Shown here: one piece after another, positions 22,702 to 33,914 of the stretch
How positions within the stretch are numbered: position 1 is the stretch's first letter
Layout of the letters: each line of letters begins with the position of its first letter
Assembly: GCA_963761245.1 (NCBI GenBank)
Contig: CAVXGN010000043.1
Span: 76,926-140,925 of the forward strand
DNA: 64,000 nt
From: an uncultured Alphaproteobacteria bacterium
GTDB lineage: Bacteria > Pseudomonadota > Alphaproteobacteria > Rhizobiales > Xanthobacteraceae
Reading direction: 5' to 3'
Program-made: the position numbers and the translations under genes
The notes under the pieces: model-generated
What the model saw: only the letters and a program-made list of their open reading frames with translations
What the model was told of the DNA's origin: nothing
Database searches by the model: none

Positions 22702-22721
22702 ATATAAAGATTTCTTTATGT
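22702..22721. promoter_or_regulatory. Probable SahR operator upstream of ahcY
   Basis: Palindrome ATATAAAG-ATTT-CTTTATGT about 80 bp upstream of ahcY; resembles the ATAAAG-N4-CTTTAT alphaproteobacterial SahR motif as I recall it. Confidence 0.7.
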
Positions 22722-22874
22722 CGACCGTGTGCGCTTCAATGCCGCTCGCCCGCTGCGAAACGGGCGCCGCAGGCCCGGGACTCAGCGAACTGAGTTCGGA
22801 ACGGCCGCGGATTAGCGGTGCACATTCGCTCCGCTACGTGCTGCGCGAATAACCGGGGCAGGGATTGAGCCCGC

Positions 22875-23195
22875 CTAATCCTCTTCCCCGAACCGGCTCG
22901 CCACCAGCGCGCACAGCGCATCGACCGCCTCGACGGCTTCCTTGCCGGTGGCTTTGATGGTGATGCTGATGCCGGGTCCCGCCGCCAGCATCATCAACCC
23001 CATGATCGAGGTCCCGCCGATGCTCTCGCTGCCGCGGATCACGGTGACCTCGGCATCGAACTGTTCGGCGCACTGCACGAATTTGGCCGAGGCGCGCGCG
23101 TGCAGGCCTTTCTTGTTGACGATCTCGACATCGCGCGCCACCGGCGCCGATGGGTCCTGGTTGGGATTGCCGTCCGCTGCCGCGGGAGCGCTCAT
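22875..23195 (-). CDS. ptsH: HPr/NPr phosphocarrier
   Basis: NKKGLHARASAKFV; SIMGLMMLAA. Confidence 0.92.
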   Translation of the reverse strand: MSAPAAADGNPNQDPSAPVARDVEIVNKKGLHARASAKFVQCAEQFDAEVTVIRGSESIGGTSIMGLMMLAAGPGISITIKATGKEAVEAVDALCALVASRFGEED

Positions 23196-23593
23196 TTACC
23201 GTTGAGCACGCGGCTGGCGATGGTGCAGTACTTGCGGCCCGCTTCCTGCGCGGCGGCAACGGCCTGTTCGAGCGGACAGGTCTCGCGCACCTTGGCGAGC
23301 TTGATCAGCATCGGCAAATTGATACCGGCCAGCACCTCGACCTTGGGCTGGCTCATCACCGAAATGGCGAGGTTGGAGGGCGTGCCGCCGAACATGTCGG
23401 TGAGGATGGCGACGCCGTCGCCCGAGTCCACGCGCTTGACGGCATCGAGAATGTGCTTGCGGCACTGGTCGACGTCGTCGTCGGGGCCGATGGTCACCGC
23501 CTCGATCTGGCGCTGGGGCCCCACCACATGTTCCAACGCCGAGCGAAACTCGACGGCGAGTCGCCCATGGGTCACAAGTACGAGGCCGATCAT
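23192..23593 (-). CDS. PTS EIIA, mannose-type
   Basis: MIGLVLVTHG; LTDMFGGTPSN; GINLPML. Confidence 0.92.
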   Translation of the reverse strand: MIGLVLVTHGRLAVEFRSALEHVVGPQRQIEAVTIGPDDDVDQCRKHILDAVKRVDSGDGVAILTDMFGGTPSNLAISVMSQPKVEVLAGINLPMLIKLAKVRETCPLEQAVAAAQEAGRKYCTIASRVLNGK

Positions 23594-23830
23594 CCCGAAC
23601 TCCTCGCGGGCGCTACGCTGCGCCGCACGAAAGGGCGCACATTCAGTCCCATTCGAAGCCCCATTGCAAGGGGCTTCCCTGCTATATAGGCGCTCTGCTG
23701 CACTGCGGAAAGTAGGGGCCAAAGGAAGCCTCGAAGGGTCCGTTTTCGGCGTCGGCGATCCTAGGCACGTTATGGTTAATTTTCTTCAACCTGTGGCGGG
23801 CGGCGCAGGTAGCGCAACGGCCGGCCGAGG

Positions 23831-24277
23831 TCAAATGGGCGCGGGGAGGGTCTTTAGGAAGGCCAGGACCAGCGGCAGGGGCGCCAGGTCGGCTGCGACC
23901 GCTAGTCGCGGCAGATCGACTCCTTCGACCGTGGCCCGCTGGGCCGCCGCGGCGGGGTGACGTTCGGCGTCCGCCGCCGCCAGATCGACCACTAGCCCAA
24001 CGGTCGCCACCGGCTCGAACGCCAATCTCCGAATTCCGAGGCCGCGGATTTCGATCAGCCCGGCAAGCGTAGCCGCCGGCCGCACCAGTAAGCGGCCGGC
24101 ACAAGCTTCCACATGCACACGGTCATCGCCGACGAGGCGCGCGAAGGGCAGGGCGCCTTGCGCCGCGGCGTCGATGAGATCGAAGGCCAAGCGCGACTTG
24201 CCGCTGCCGGCCGGGCCGCGGATCAGCGCGGCCTTGGCGCCGACGAGGACGGCGGAAGCGTGGATGGTCCCGTTCAT
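23831..24277 (-). CDS. hprK: HPr kinase/phosphorylase (short alphaproteobacterial form)
   Basis: IHASAV..GPAGSGKS, LVGDDRV, GLIEIRGLGI. Confidence 0.88.
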   Translation of the reverse strand: MNGTIHASAVLVGAKAALIRGPAGSGKSRLAFDLIDAAAQGALPFARLVGDDRVHVEACAGRLLVRPAATLAGLIEIRGLGIRRLAFEPVATVGLVVDLAAADAERHPAAAAQRATVEGVDLPRLAVAADLAPLPLVLAFLKTLPAPI

Positions 24278-24301
24278 CTGGAAATCCGCGACCGCACAAC
24301 T

Positions 24302-24375
24302 CCGCTCATTCCCGCGTAAGCGGGAATCCAGTGCGGTGACTCATTCTGGGTCCCCGCTTTCGCGGGGACGAGCGG
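24302..24375. repeat. REP doublet (TCATTCCCGC..GCGGGAATCCAG family)
   Basis: Two inverted hairpin units; same family at 58643, 59906 and 60988. Confidence 0.85.
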
Positions 24376-24395
24376 ACTATTGTTCGACAGGGAAA

Positions 24396-26195
24396 TCACG
24401 TCGCCGGCAGGCGCACCACAAAGCGCGCGCCGAGCACCTTCGGCTCCTCGCCGGCGATGGCGACGCCGGTGCGGTTTTCCGCCCACATGCGACCGCCATG
24501 CGCTTCCACGATCTGCTTGGAGATCGACAGTCCCAGCCCGGAGTTTTGTCCGAAGCTTTGATTGGGCCGGTCGGTGTAGAAGCGCTCGAAGATTTTCTCC
24601 AGCGCATCGGGACGAACGCCGGGGCCGTCATCGTCGACGATGACCTCGACTTCGCCCTTCAGCCGCCGGCAGGTCACGCGCACTTTGCCGTTCGGCGGCG
24701 AGAACGAGCGCGCATTGTCGATCAGGTTGCTCACCACTTGGCCGACCCGTGAGTCGTGGCCGGGAATCTGGAAGCTCGCCGGCGGCCCGCCTTCGAAGGT
24801 AAGCGAAACCGTCGCCGCATCCGGCCACACTTCGTTGGCGGCGGTCACCAGCGATTCAAGCTGATTGGCAAGGTCGACGGTGCCGACTTCCTGACGCTGC
24901 AATTCGGCATCGAGCCGGCTGGCGTCGGAAATATCCGAGATCAGCCGGTCGAGCCGCTTGACGTCGTGCTCGATCACGTCGAGCAGACGGCGCCGGCTGT
25001 CCTCGGATTTCGCCAACGGCAGCGTCTCCACCGCCGAGCGCAGCGAGGTGAGCGGATTGCGCAATTCGTGCGCCACGTCGGCGGCGAAGCTTTCGATCGC
25101 TTCGATGCGGGTGTAGAGCGCATTGGTCATCTCACGCAACGTGCCGGACAAATGCCCGATCTCGTCGCGGCGGCGGGTGAAGTCGGGGATTTCCACGCGC
25201 GTGCGGATGCGCCGGCGCACGCGCTCGGCGCCGTCGGCGAGCCGGCGCACCGGCCCGGCGATGGTGCCGGCAAGCAGGATCGACAACACCACCATCACGC
25301 CGGCGGCGACCAGGAACACCTTGACGATGGCAAGCCGTTCGGCCTCCACCATCTGGTCGATGTCGGCGCCTTGCGTCGACAGCATCAGCGCGCCGCGCAC
25401 GGCGCGGAAGCGCTGTACCGGCACGGCGACCGAGACGATCACTTCGCCACGGTCGTTGACCCGCACCCTGCTGGCATGCAGCCCTTCGAGCGCTTGTGCG
25501 ACTTCCGGATAGCCCTTGCCGTTTTCGGGCCCGAGCTCCTTGTAGAGCGGCAGGTCGCCGCGTCCGAGCCAGCGGCGTATTGCGATGAAGGCGCGCTCCA
25601 TCAGCCCGGGCTTCTCCGCGTTCGGCGGCGGCAGATCGAAGCGCAGCACGTCGCCGCGGCCGTACAGATTGCGGCTGTCGAGAATGAGGACGCCGTCGCG
25701 GTCATAGATGCGCGCGCGCGTCTTGGTCGGCGAAACGAGCCGGCGCAGCACCGGCGCAACCCGCTCCGGATTGATGGGAAACTCGATGTTCGACTGCGCT
25801 TCTTCGGGCGGGCCGTAGCTCTGCCCGGCCTGCAATTCGAGCAGCCGCTCGGGATCGATGGTGACGGCGTCGCTTTCGACGGTCGCCGAGGCGGCAATGG
25901 CGCCGGCGATGATCTCGCTCTGCACCAGCAGGCTTTGCACGCGCGCGTCGATCAGGCCGGCGCGGAACTGAGACAGATAGAGCACGCCGGTGACCAGCGC
26001 GACCAGGCCGGCGAGATTGAGGAGGACGATGCGCCGGGTAAGGCTGGAAATGCTTTGTGAGACGAAAAACTGCCAGACCGCGCGGATGCGCCCGCGGACG
26101 GCGGCGAAGCGGCTCGGCGCGACGCGCGGCGTCTCCTCGCCGGGCTTTTCGGCGTCGGCAGTCGGCGCGATGATTTCCACGGTTCGATCGAGCAC
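24396..26195 (-). CDS. chvG: Sensor histidine kinase ChvG/ExoS
   Basis: SLTRRIVLLNL, EFPINPERVAP, DVAHELRNPLTS, FGQNSGLGLSIS; next to chvI and hprK. Confidence 0.93.
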   Translation of the reverse strand: MLDRTVEIIAPTADAEKPGEETPRVAPSRFAAVRGRIRAVWQFFVSQSISSLTRRIVLLNLAGLVALVTGVLYLSQFRAGLIDARVQSLLVQSEIIAGAIAASATVESDAVTIDPERLLELQAGQSYGPPEEAQSNIEFPINPERVAPVLRRLVSPTKTRARIYDRDGVLILDSRNLYGRGDVLRFDLPPPNAEKPGLMERAFIAIRRWLGRGDLPLYKELGPENGKGYPEVAQALEGLHASRVRVNDRGEVIVSVAVPVQRFRAVRGALMLSTQGADIDQMVEAERLAIVKVFLVAAGVMVVLSILLAGTIAGPVRRLADGAERVRRRIRTRVEIPDFTRRRDEIGHLSGTLREMTNALYTRIEAIESFAADVAHELRNPLTSLRSAVETLPLAKSEDSRRRLLDVIEHDVKRLDRLISDISDASRLDAELQRQEVGTVDLANQLESLVTAANEVWPDAATVSLTFEGGPPASFQIPGHDSRVGQVVSNLIDNARSFSPPNGKVRVTCRRLKGEVEVIVDDDGPGVRPDALEKIFERFYTDRPNQSFGQNSGLGLSISKQIVEAHGGRMWAENRTGVAIAGEEPKVLGARFVVRLPAT

Positions 26196-26232
26196 GTAAA
26201 CCAGCCGGGTTGATCGTGGGCCGTTTTATTGG

Positions 26233-26303
26233 CGCATGATCTTATCCGAAAACCGGTACCTCATCCCCGTTCTAGCCGGGGACAGGCTTTTCGGGATCAT
26301 GCG
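26233..26303. repeat. RIME-like palindrome with a nested hairpin insertion
   Basis: CGCATGATC..CCGAAAACCGGTACC-[26-bp hairpin]-CTTTTCGGGATCATGCG. Confidence 0.75.
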
Positions 26304-26378
26304 GGGTCCGCCCCCGTGATTTTACCGCAAGCCGGGACGCTGTGTCAGGCCGCCTTTGGCCGCAACGCTAAGGCTGCG

Positions 26379-27077
26379 TCACGATTCCTTGAAGCGGTAG
26401 CCGACGCCGTAGAGCGTCTCGATCATCTCGAAATCGTCGTCGACCACCTTGAACTTCTTGCGCAGCCGCTTGATGTGGCTGTCGATGGTGCGGTCGTCGA
26501 CGTAAACCTGGTCGTCATAAGCGGCGTCCATCAGCGCGTTGCGGCTTTTGACCACGCCCGGACGGGTGGCGAGCGCCTGCAGGATGAGGAATTCGGTGAC
26601 GGTGAGCGTCACCGGTTCGCCCTTCCAGGTGCAGGTATGGCGCTCCGGATCCATGCGCAATTGCCCGCGCTCCAGCGCCTTGGCGTCGGTTTCCTTGGGC
26701 GGCGTCCCGTCCTTGGGGGAGGCGCGGCGCAGCACCGCCTTGACGCGCTCGACCAGCAGCCGCTGCGAAAACGGTTTGCGGATGAAGTCGTCGGCCCCCA
26801 TCTTGAGGCCGAACAATTCGTCGATCTCCTCGTCCTTGGAGGTCAGGAAGATCACCGGTATGTCGGTCTTCTGCCGCAGCCGGCGCAGCGTCTCCATGCC
26901 GTCCATGCGCGGCATCTTGATGTCGAGGATGGCGAGATCGGGCGGCGACGTCTTGAAACCGTCGAGCGCGGAGGCGCCGTCGGTGTAAGTCATAATGCGA
27001 TAGCCTTCGGATTCGAGCGCAATCGAAACCGAGGTTAGGATATTGCGGTCGTCGTCGACGAGAGCGATTGTCGGCAT
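26379..27077 (-). CDS. chvI: Response regulator ChvI
   Basis: [38 protein letters not shown]. Confidence 0.96.
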   Translation of the reverse strand: MPTIALVDDDRNILTSVSIALESEGYRIMTYTDGASALDGFKTSPPDLAILDIKMPRMDGMETLRRLRQKTDIPVIFLTSKDEEIDELFGLKMGADDFIRKPFSQRLLVERVKAVLRRASPKDGTPPKETDAKALERGQLRMDPERHTCTWKGEPVTLTVTEFLILQALATRPGVVKSRNALMDAAYDDQVYVDDRTIDSHIKRLRKKFKVVDDDFEMIETLYGVGYRFKES

Positions 27078-27229
27078 GAGCCCCTCTTCCGTGACGGTCC
27101 CGCGTCGTTTGAGCCCATAAACGGGGGCTGAAATGTGACCTCTTTGCAACAACTATGTGATTCGGTTGCGATTTCAAGGTCATTTGGCGGAAGATCGTCG
27201 TCGAACAGCGTTAACGCCGGAAGCCAGCC

Positions 27230-28036
27230 ATGACGCCTGACAAAGCCACTGCCAAACCGCTCTTGCCGGGCACGATGCCAGGCCGCACGCCGGAGAACGC
27301 CTCGCCGCCGGCCGACTTCAAGCCGCTCGAGGTGGCGAAGTCGCTGCTGCGCGCGACCCGCGCCGGCACGCTGGCGACGCTCGACCGCAACAGCGGCTAC
27401 CCGTTCGCCTCGCTGGTCAATGTCGCGACCGACGTCGATGGCTCGCCGCTGATCCTGGTGTCGCGGCTCGCCACCCACACAGCCAATCTGGAGGTCGACG
27501 GCCGCGCTTCGCTGCTGCTGGCCGAAACCGGCAAAGGCGACGCGCTGGCGCATCCACGGCTCACGGTGCTCGGCACCTTTGCGCCGGTCGATCGCGAGGG
27601 CGAAGACGATGCGCGCATCCGCCGGCGCTTCCTCGCGCGCCATCCCAAGTCCGAGCTCTATGCCGGCTTCGGCGATTTCGGCTTCTGGCGCATGGGCGTC
27701 GTGTCGGCGCATCTCAACGGCGGCTTCGCGCGCGCCGCCGACCTTGCCGCAGCCGACGTGCTGACCGATGTGTCGGACGCCGGCGCGTTGATCGAAGCGG
27801 AAGAGGGTGCCATCGCGCACATGAATGCCGACCATGCCGAGGCCTGCCGGCTCTACGCCACCAAGCTCGTCGGCGCTTCCGACGGCAACTGGGCTTGCGT
27901 CGGCATCGATCCGGACGGCATCGAATTGCAGCAGAACCAGACCGCGCTGCGGCTGTTCTTCCCGCAGCGTGTCACCGGGCCGGGGCCGCTGCGCACCATG
28001 CTGAAGCAGCTCGCCGACGCGGCGCGGGCGAAATAG
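27230..28036 (+). CDS. HugZ/pyridoxamine 5'-phosphate oxidase-like protein with DUF2470
   Basis: GYPFASLV, LATHTANL, YAGFGDF, AIAHMNADH. Confidence 0.85.
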   Translation: MTPDKATAKPLLPGTMPGRTPENASPPADFKPLEVAKSLLRATRAGTLATLDRNSGYPFASLVNVATDVDGSPLILVSRLATHTANLEVDGRASLLLAETGKGDALAHPRLTVLGTFAPVDREGEDDARIRRRFLARHPKSELYAGFGDFGFWRMGVVSAHLNGGFARAADLAAADVLTDVSDAGALIEAEEGAIAHMNADHAEACRLYATKLVGASDGNWACVGIDPDGIELQQNQTALRLFFPQRVTGPGPLRTMLKQLADAARAK

Positions 28037-28154
28037 ACGTTGGACGAACTAAGCCTGCTTGGCGGCGATCTGCGGCAGCGCCAGCCGCGACGGCGGCGTC
28101 CTGCGGCCTCGCGCCTGTATGCCGCAAAGGCGCGAGCGAATAGGGGTTACGCCG

Positions 28155-28850
28155 TTATTCCGCCGCCTCATTGAACGAGTCGAGCGACAATGGGTCGTGC
28201 AAAATTAAGCGCCGGGACGCCAATACGGAAATACTCGACGTCTCTTTGAGTCGCGTTAGCGTGCGCGAAACCGTTTCTATGGTGAGGCCGAGATAATCCG
28301 CAATGTCGCGACGGGACATAGGCAGATCCACCTCGCCTCCGTTTTTTCTGCGTTCTCTCATATCGAGCAGAAAGTCGACGATACGTTCATACGCTCCATT
28401 GCGCAGACGCCGGTTATGGTTCCGGGTTCGTTGCAATTCCATGGAAGTGATATGCAGGAGAAGCTTTAAGGCGGCGATGTCGCGAGCGGCTCGAGATAAC
28501 AGGGCTGTTCTCTTGACCAGACGAACACGACACGGTGTGACGGCTTCGGCCCAGACGCTGTGGACCTCGTGCGCCTCCGGCCCAAGGTAATCGTCCGCAT
28601 AATAGAATGCATGGATGCGGCGACGGCCGTCAGCGAAATAGCTGCATGTGCGGATACATCCTGACTCTACCTTGTAAAGGTATTTTGCCGGTTCGCCTTT
28701 TTTGAAGATCTTCTCGTTGGCTGAAAAAGATACCGCGGCGGCCGTCGAGCCAAATAACCCGTCACCCGGCTGCGAGGTCGCGGCGGCTGGCTTGCCCGAA
28801 CCGTTAGGAGATGTCGATTTTGGAGGTCGTTTTATGACGTTTGGTTTCAT
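28155..28850 (-). CDS. FixK-like Crp/Fnr transcriptional regulator (start uncertain)
   Basis: GEPAKYLYKVESG..DGRRRI; LPMSRRDIADYLGLTIETVSR HTH. Confidence 0.8.
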   Translation of the reverse strand: MKPNVIKRPPKSTSPNGSGKPAAATSQPGDGLFGSTAAAVSFSANEKIFKKGEPAKYLYKVESGCIRTCSYFADGRRRIHAFYYADDYLGPEAHEVHSVWAEAVTPCRVRLVKRTALLSRAARDIAALKLLLHITSMELQRTRNHNRRLRNGAYERIVDFLLDMRERRKNGGEVDLPMSRRDIADYLGLTIETVSRTLTRLKETSSISVLASRRLILHDPLSLDSFNEAAE

Positions 28851-29292
28851 GACGCTTGTGTTTCCGTGCAGCCCGAATGCCGGCATCACGGCCACCCCGC
28901 CGAGTGTCCGAAACGAGTCATCAACGGATCTCCCGCGGCATCTCCCATGGATCGCAAAATGCAAAAAAAACCCGGCTTTGTCTGCCGGGGCTCTGAACTC
29001 TCGGGTGCCGCGAGCGGGAGGAGCTTGTGGGCATCCAAGTACGCGCCAGAGATAATTCCTACCTGGAGGCGGATTGGGTATCCGCCTCGACATATTTCGG
29101 AGCGAATAGACAAGCGCGCTGGCATCGGTTCCTGCCAAACACTCTTACAGGCGCCGGCGCGTTAAGCCGGTTCCTCAATGGTTAAAGTATGCACTCGTCT
29201 ATAAATGCAGTCTGTGCAGAATTGACCACAGCGGCGGATGCAGTGTGTTCAAAATTGAACACTGCAGAAGCGCGCCGAATTTCCCTTGCGGT

Positions 29293-29949
29293 CTAGTCGC
29301 GCAGAACAACACTCAGCAATGAGTTGTTGACCTTGAGGGTGCCATTGTAATCGATGAAACCCAATTTCCTGAATTTGTTCATGAAGAAACTGACACGTGG
29401 CCGGGTCGTGCCGACGATGTCTGCGAGCGTGTCTTGGCTGATCTTTGCCGGGATCGGTTGCGACGCGCCCTCTTTGCCGAAGTTCGCCAAGATGAGAAGC
29501 GTCCGCGCCAGACGCTTTTCGCTTGAGTTGAACAACTGATCGACCAAATCTTCTTCGACGCGGCTGTTGCGGGTCAAGAGATGGGCCATGAACATCTCGG
29601 CAAACACCGGCTCGCGATGGAGGACGCGAACCATCTCGGCTTTTTTTACCCGCATGACTTCGCTGTCGGTCATGGTTCTGGCCGTTGCCAAGCGCATCGG
29701 CTGCCCGATCAAGCATCCCTCCCCAAAGAACTCACCAGCCCCAAGGATCGCGACAACCGCCTGCTTTCCTTGCTGGGATGCGACGGCAAGCTTGACCTTG
29801 CCGCTCAGGATGTAAAAGACCGCGTCCGCGGGATCGCCTTGCGCGAAGACGAGCTTGTCCTTCCGATAGTTCGCCAGGGTCCGGCCACCATCCACGGTGG
29901 CCAGAAACAAGTTGGGGTCAAATTTCCGCTTTTTTGCTTTTCTTGCCAA
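29293..29949 (-). CDS. Crp/Fnr-family transcriptional regulator (start uncertain)
   Basis: FAQGDPADAVFYI, GEFFGEGCL, LFNSSEKRLAR, ISQDTLADIVGTTRPRVS. Confidence 0.88.
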   Translation of the reverse strand: MARKAKKRKFDPNLFLATVDGGRTLANYRKDKLVFAQGDPADAVFYILSGKVKLAVASQQGKQAVVAILGAGEFFGEGCLIGQPMRLATARTMTDSEVMRVKKAEMVRVLHREPVFAEMFMAHLLTRNSRVEEDLVDQLFNSSEKRLARTLLILANFGKEGASQPIPAKISQDTLADIVGTTRPRVSFFMNKFRKLGFIDYNGTLKVNNSLLSVVLRD

Positions 29950-30104
29950 AGCACGTCCCGTCCTGTCCGCTGCGCCCGCCACAAATATTATTCCAGCTTC
30001 GCGCAACGTGCCAAGCTTGCATTTATGCCGGCACTTTTCCGTGGGAATGTTAAGCGAGCATGCACAGCCGGTAAAATCCTGTTTTCGAGCCTGCTAACGA
30101 GCTC

Positions 30105-30489
30105 TGCCCGTGCGCTCGTGCTTTGCCACCGCCAGAGCTGCGGCTTTGGCTTCCGGGTGGCGCAAGCGCGCCCCGAACTGTTCAAGGCGCTGGTCGCGAT
30201 TGAGCCGGCCGTGGCCGGCGACCCCGACCGAGCCGGCAAGCTCAAGGACGTGGCGACGCTCATCGTCTACGGCGACTTCATCGACGGCGATGCGCGCTGG
30301 CCGACCATGCGCCAGTTCGGCCTCGACTATGCCGCGGCCATGCGTGCAGCCGGCGGTTCGGTCGACGTGGTTAACCTGCCCGACATCGGCATCTCGGGGA
30401 ATTCGCATATGCTGATGATGGCCAAGAACAACGGCGCGATCGCCGATTTCATCCAGCAATGGCTGGTCGATAAAGGCCTGGTCGGTTGA
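30105..30489 (+). pseudogene. 3' remnant of an alpha/beta hydrolase
   Basis: C-terminal half only (RPELFKALVAIEP, GISGNSHMLM); the nucleophile-elbow region reads CHRQSCGFG; no plausible start; abuts the A/T-richer Crp island. Confidence 0.65.
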
Positions 30490-30724
30490 ATTCCCCGCCC
30501 GGCTGATTGCTCAAACATCACGCACCGCCGCTGCTTACCATTTTGACGCAATGCAACGCCGCATTCCGCGGCTGCATGCCATTTCATCTTGGCAATCAAA
30601 CAGTTCCTGACTATGGTCGCGCGCCTTGGAACGAGGGGCTATACTAAGGTTTATGGTGGAATGGCCCCCGAGGGTCTTTGAGGGGTGAGGCGAGAAACGG
30701 CCCGCCCGTTTGGGAGGACTTCGC

Positions 30725-32344
30725 GTGCAAGAAACGGGTGTGCGGAACGGCGCTTATGGCGCCGACAAATTCGGTTTCAAAGAGCTCGCCGCGATCCACT
30801 GGAATCAATTCGAACCAACGCTCTATGAGCATGCGATCGCGGCCGGCGAAGCCTCGCTGGTGGTCGGCGGCGCGCTCTGCGCGGAGACCGGCCATCACAC
30901 CGGCCGCTCGCCCAAGGACAAGCATACCGTCGTCGACGAACTCACCGAGAATTCGGTCTGGTGGGACGGCAATCGCAAGATGTCGAAGGAGAACTTCGAC
31001 AATCTGCTGGCCGATTTTCTCGCGCACGCCAAGGGCAAGAAGCTATTCGCGCAGGATCTCTACGGCGGCGCCGACCCGAAATACCGCATCAAGACCCGCG
31101 TCTTCACCGAATATGCCTGGCATTCGCTGTTCATCCGGCAATTGCTGATCCGGCCCGAGCGCGCCGACCTCGCCAAATTCGTTCCCGAACTCACCATCGT
31201 CGATCTGCCGTCGTTCCGCCCGGACGCCAAGCGTCACGGCGGGCGCGAGGGCTCCGACACCATGGTGGCGATCGACTTCACCCGTAAGATCGTGCTGATC
31301 TGCGGCTCGTCCTACGCCGGCGAGATGAAGAAGTCGGTGTTCACCACGCTCAACTTCTATCTGCCGGCGAAGAACGTCATGCCGATGCACTGCTCGGCCA
31401 ATGTCGGCCCGAACGGCGATTCCGCGCTGTTCTTCGGCCTCTCCGGCACCGGCAAGACCACGCTGTCCGCCGACCCGAGCCGCACGCTGCTCGGCGACGA
31501 CGAGCACGGCTGGGGCCCGGACGGCATCTTCAACTTCGAAGGCGGCTGCTACGCCAAGTGCATCAAGCTCAGCCAGGAAGCCGAGCCGATGATCTGGGAC
31601 GCCACCAACCGCTTCGGCGCCGTGCTGGAAAACGTGGTGTTCGATCCGGAGACGCGCATTCCCGATTACGACGACGGCTCCAAGACCGAGAATACGCGCT
31701 CGGCCTATCCGCTCGACTTCATTCCGAACGCCTCGCGCACCGGCTGCGCCGGGCATCCGAAGAACATCATCTTCCTGACCGCCGACGCTTTCGGCGTGAT
31801 GCCGCCGATCGCCAAGCTCTCGGCCACGCAGGCGATGTATCACTTCCTCTCCGGCTACACCGCCAAGGTCGCCGGCACCGAGAAGGGATTGGTCGGCGTG
31901 CAGCCGGACTTCTCCACCTGCTTCGGCGCGCCGTTCCTGCCGCGCCACCCTTCCGTCTATGCCGACCTGCTGCGCGACTACATCAACAAGCACAAGGTCG
32001 ACTGCTGGCTGGTCAATTCCGGCTGGACCGGCGGCATATACGGCGTCGGCCGCCGCATGCCGATCAAGGCGACGCGCACGCTGCTCACCGCCGCGCTCGA
32101 CGGCTCGCTCAAGGACGCCGATTTCCGCACCGATCCTTATTTCGGCTTCTCGGTGCCGACCTCGGTTTCCGGCGTCGAGCCGCATCTGCTCAATCCGTTC
32201 AAGACCTGGAAGGACAAGGCCGAGTTCGACAAGACCGCGCGCGAGCTGGTCGGCATGTTCCAGAAGAACTTCGCCAAATACGAAAGCCACGTCACGCCCG
32301 ACATCAAGGCGGCGGCGCCGGAAGTGCGCATCGCGGCGGAGTAG
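30725..32344 (+). CDS. pckA: Phosphoenolpyruvate carboxykinase (ATP)
   Basis: [41 protein letters not shown]; GTG start with GGAGGA RBS. Confidence 0.98.
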   Translation: MQETGVRNGAYGADKFGFKELAAIHWNQFEPTLYEHAIAAGEASLVVGGALCAETGHHTGRSPKDKHTVVDELTENSVWWDGNRKMSKENFDNLLADFLAHAKGKKLFAQDLYGGADPKYRIKTRVFTEYAWHSLFIRQLLIRPERADLAKFVPELTIVDLPSFRPDAKRHGGREGSDTMVAIDFTRKIVLICGSSYAGEMKKSVFTTLNFYLPAKNVMPMHCSANVGPNGDSALFFGLSGTGKTTLSADPSRTLLGDDEHGWGPDGIFNFEGGCYAKCIKLSQEAEPMIWDATNRFGAVLENVVFDPETRIPDYDDGSKTENTRSAYPLDFIPNASRTGCAGHPKNIIFLTADAFGVMPPIAKLSATQAMYHFLSGYTAKVAGTEKGLVGVQPDFSTCFGAPFLPRHPSVYADLLRDYINKHKVDCWLVNSGWTGGIYGVGRRMPIKATRTLLTAALDGSLKDADFRTDPYFGFSVPTSVSGVEPHLLNPFKTWKDKAEFDKTARELVGMFQKNFAKYESHVTPDIKAAAPEVRIAAE

Positions 32345-32363
32345 ATTTGCGGTCGGAGAATTG

Positions 32364-32393
32364 AAAAAGGCGGCCCTTGCGGCCGCCTTTTTG
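32364..32393. terminator. Rho-independent terminator after pckA (second copy at ~34110-34137)
   Basis: AAAAAGGCGGCC-CTTGC-GGCCGCCTTTTT. Confidence 0.9.
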
Positions 32394-32423
32394 TTTTTGC
32401 CTTACGCGGCCGGCTAGAAGCAG

Positions 32424-33653
32424 TCAGTACTTATTTCCGCTGGGCTGAGTGAAGACGTCGTCGCCGAGGCTCTTGAGCCCCTCTTGTCCGGCGTAGCCCA
32501 GATGTTCCAGATCGAAGAAATCTTCGATGCTTCTCAGCAGTGAATAGTGATTGTATGGCACCTCCGACATCGTGCCCTCTCTGATGTAGCGCGACACCAG
32601 GACCGCCCCGACGCGGCCGCCGCCCGGCCCGGCGACGCCCGGACCCTTGTCAATGTTGTCAAAGACCGTGTGTTCCTCGGGATTTATGTTCAGCCCAATT
32701 TGTTCGTCGCAGCAGGAGCTGACGTCGCCGCTTACAAGCTTATTCTTGAGGAGGTAGATATCGGCTTCGTCAAAGGTGACGATCAACAGGCCGTCACGCT
32801 TAAAGGCGGGAGAGGTCAAAATTTTCGGCACGTATTTCTGCGAGAACCTGTCGGCCGAGAGGAGGCCGCCCGGCTGACCGTCGACGCATGGCTCGTCGTG
32901 GCCATCGTGTCAGAGATTGGGAGTGATGAAGGCGTAGTTCGGCGTCGTAACGACGTTTTGCAGGTCCGTCGCCAAGGCCGAGAGATTGACCACATGGGCG
33001 GAACAATTGGCGGCGTCGTCGATGATCTTATGGAAATACATGAATGGGTTGTGACGGGTGGCATATTGATCGCCCTTGGCCGCGCTTTGCGCCTTGTCTT
33101 TCTCGCCGATCTCTGGATGGGCGCAGGCCGTACCACCGTCGCGGCTTGGATCATTACCCATGTCTTCCATGTATCCCTTCCAGGTCAGTCCTTCGGCTTC
33201 CAGCTGATTGACGATGGTAGGCACATTTTTGGGATAGACGCAGCCTTTTCCGCGGGCTTGGCCGTGTTCGCCAATTTCGCCGCGGCCTTGCCGATCCTTG
33301 GGCAGAAAATCTGCAAACTTCTTGTCGTCGTTGTGGCAGTCAGCTTGCGTGACGGGGTTGGGTGCCTGGCCGCTGATCAGTGCGATATAGTTGTCCAGGC
33401 TATTATGTCCGATCCCATAATAGTTCTTGAGCAAAGCCCCATTGCGAGCGAGCGCATTCAAATAAAGCGCGGGCGATTTTGTACCGAAGGTAATGTCGTA
33501 TCCTTCGTTCTCAAATAAGATGATGAACACATGCTTGGGCTTCGGTAGGGCTTCGGCGGCGGCCGTTGTCGGGACACACGCCAGGAAAGACGGCACGCTC
33601 AGGAGCGCAAACAGTGCTGTGACTAAACCGCTAAGTCTCCGCCCGTTTTTCAT
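32424..33653 (-). CDS. Exported phosphoesterase-family (acid phosphatase/phospholipase C-like) protein; apparent frameshifts near 32910 and 32830
   Basis: HVFIILFENE, HNSLDNYIALISG, WKGYME, YATRHNPF, FITPNL, IVTFDE, YNHYSLLRSIED. Confidence 0.85.
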
Positions 33654-33914
33654 GATCCCCCCCAACGCTGTTCGCCAGCAACGTGGCGCAAAAAACTATT
33701 TGACGGGACACACGTTCGAGCCGAACGCCTGATTCAGAAACAGTGCCAGGCGCAAGCCGGCGCCTGTCCGACAAAAGCGCAGGCGAGCCCGGCCGATAAC
33801 ACGAACGTTTTCACGGCACGATCCTCCCACATGGAGTAGTGTGCCAATCATATATGACAACTGCAAGATGTAGACGCGCTATGCGGCGGAATGACGCCGG
33901 TATTTGTCGTTTGT

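Noticed and set aside
22626-22870. SAM/SAH riboswitch upstream of ahcY
   Set aside because: I could not recognise a riboswitch consensus. The SahR-like operator palindrome explains regulation more simply.
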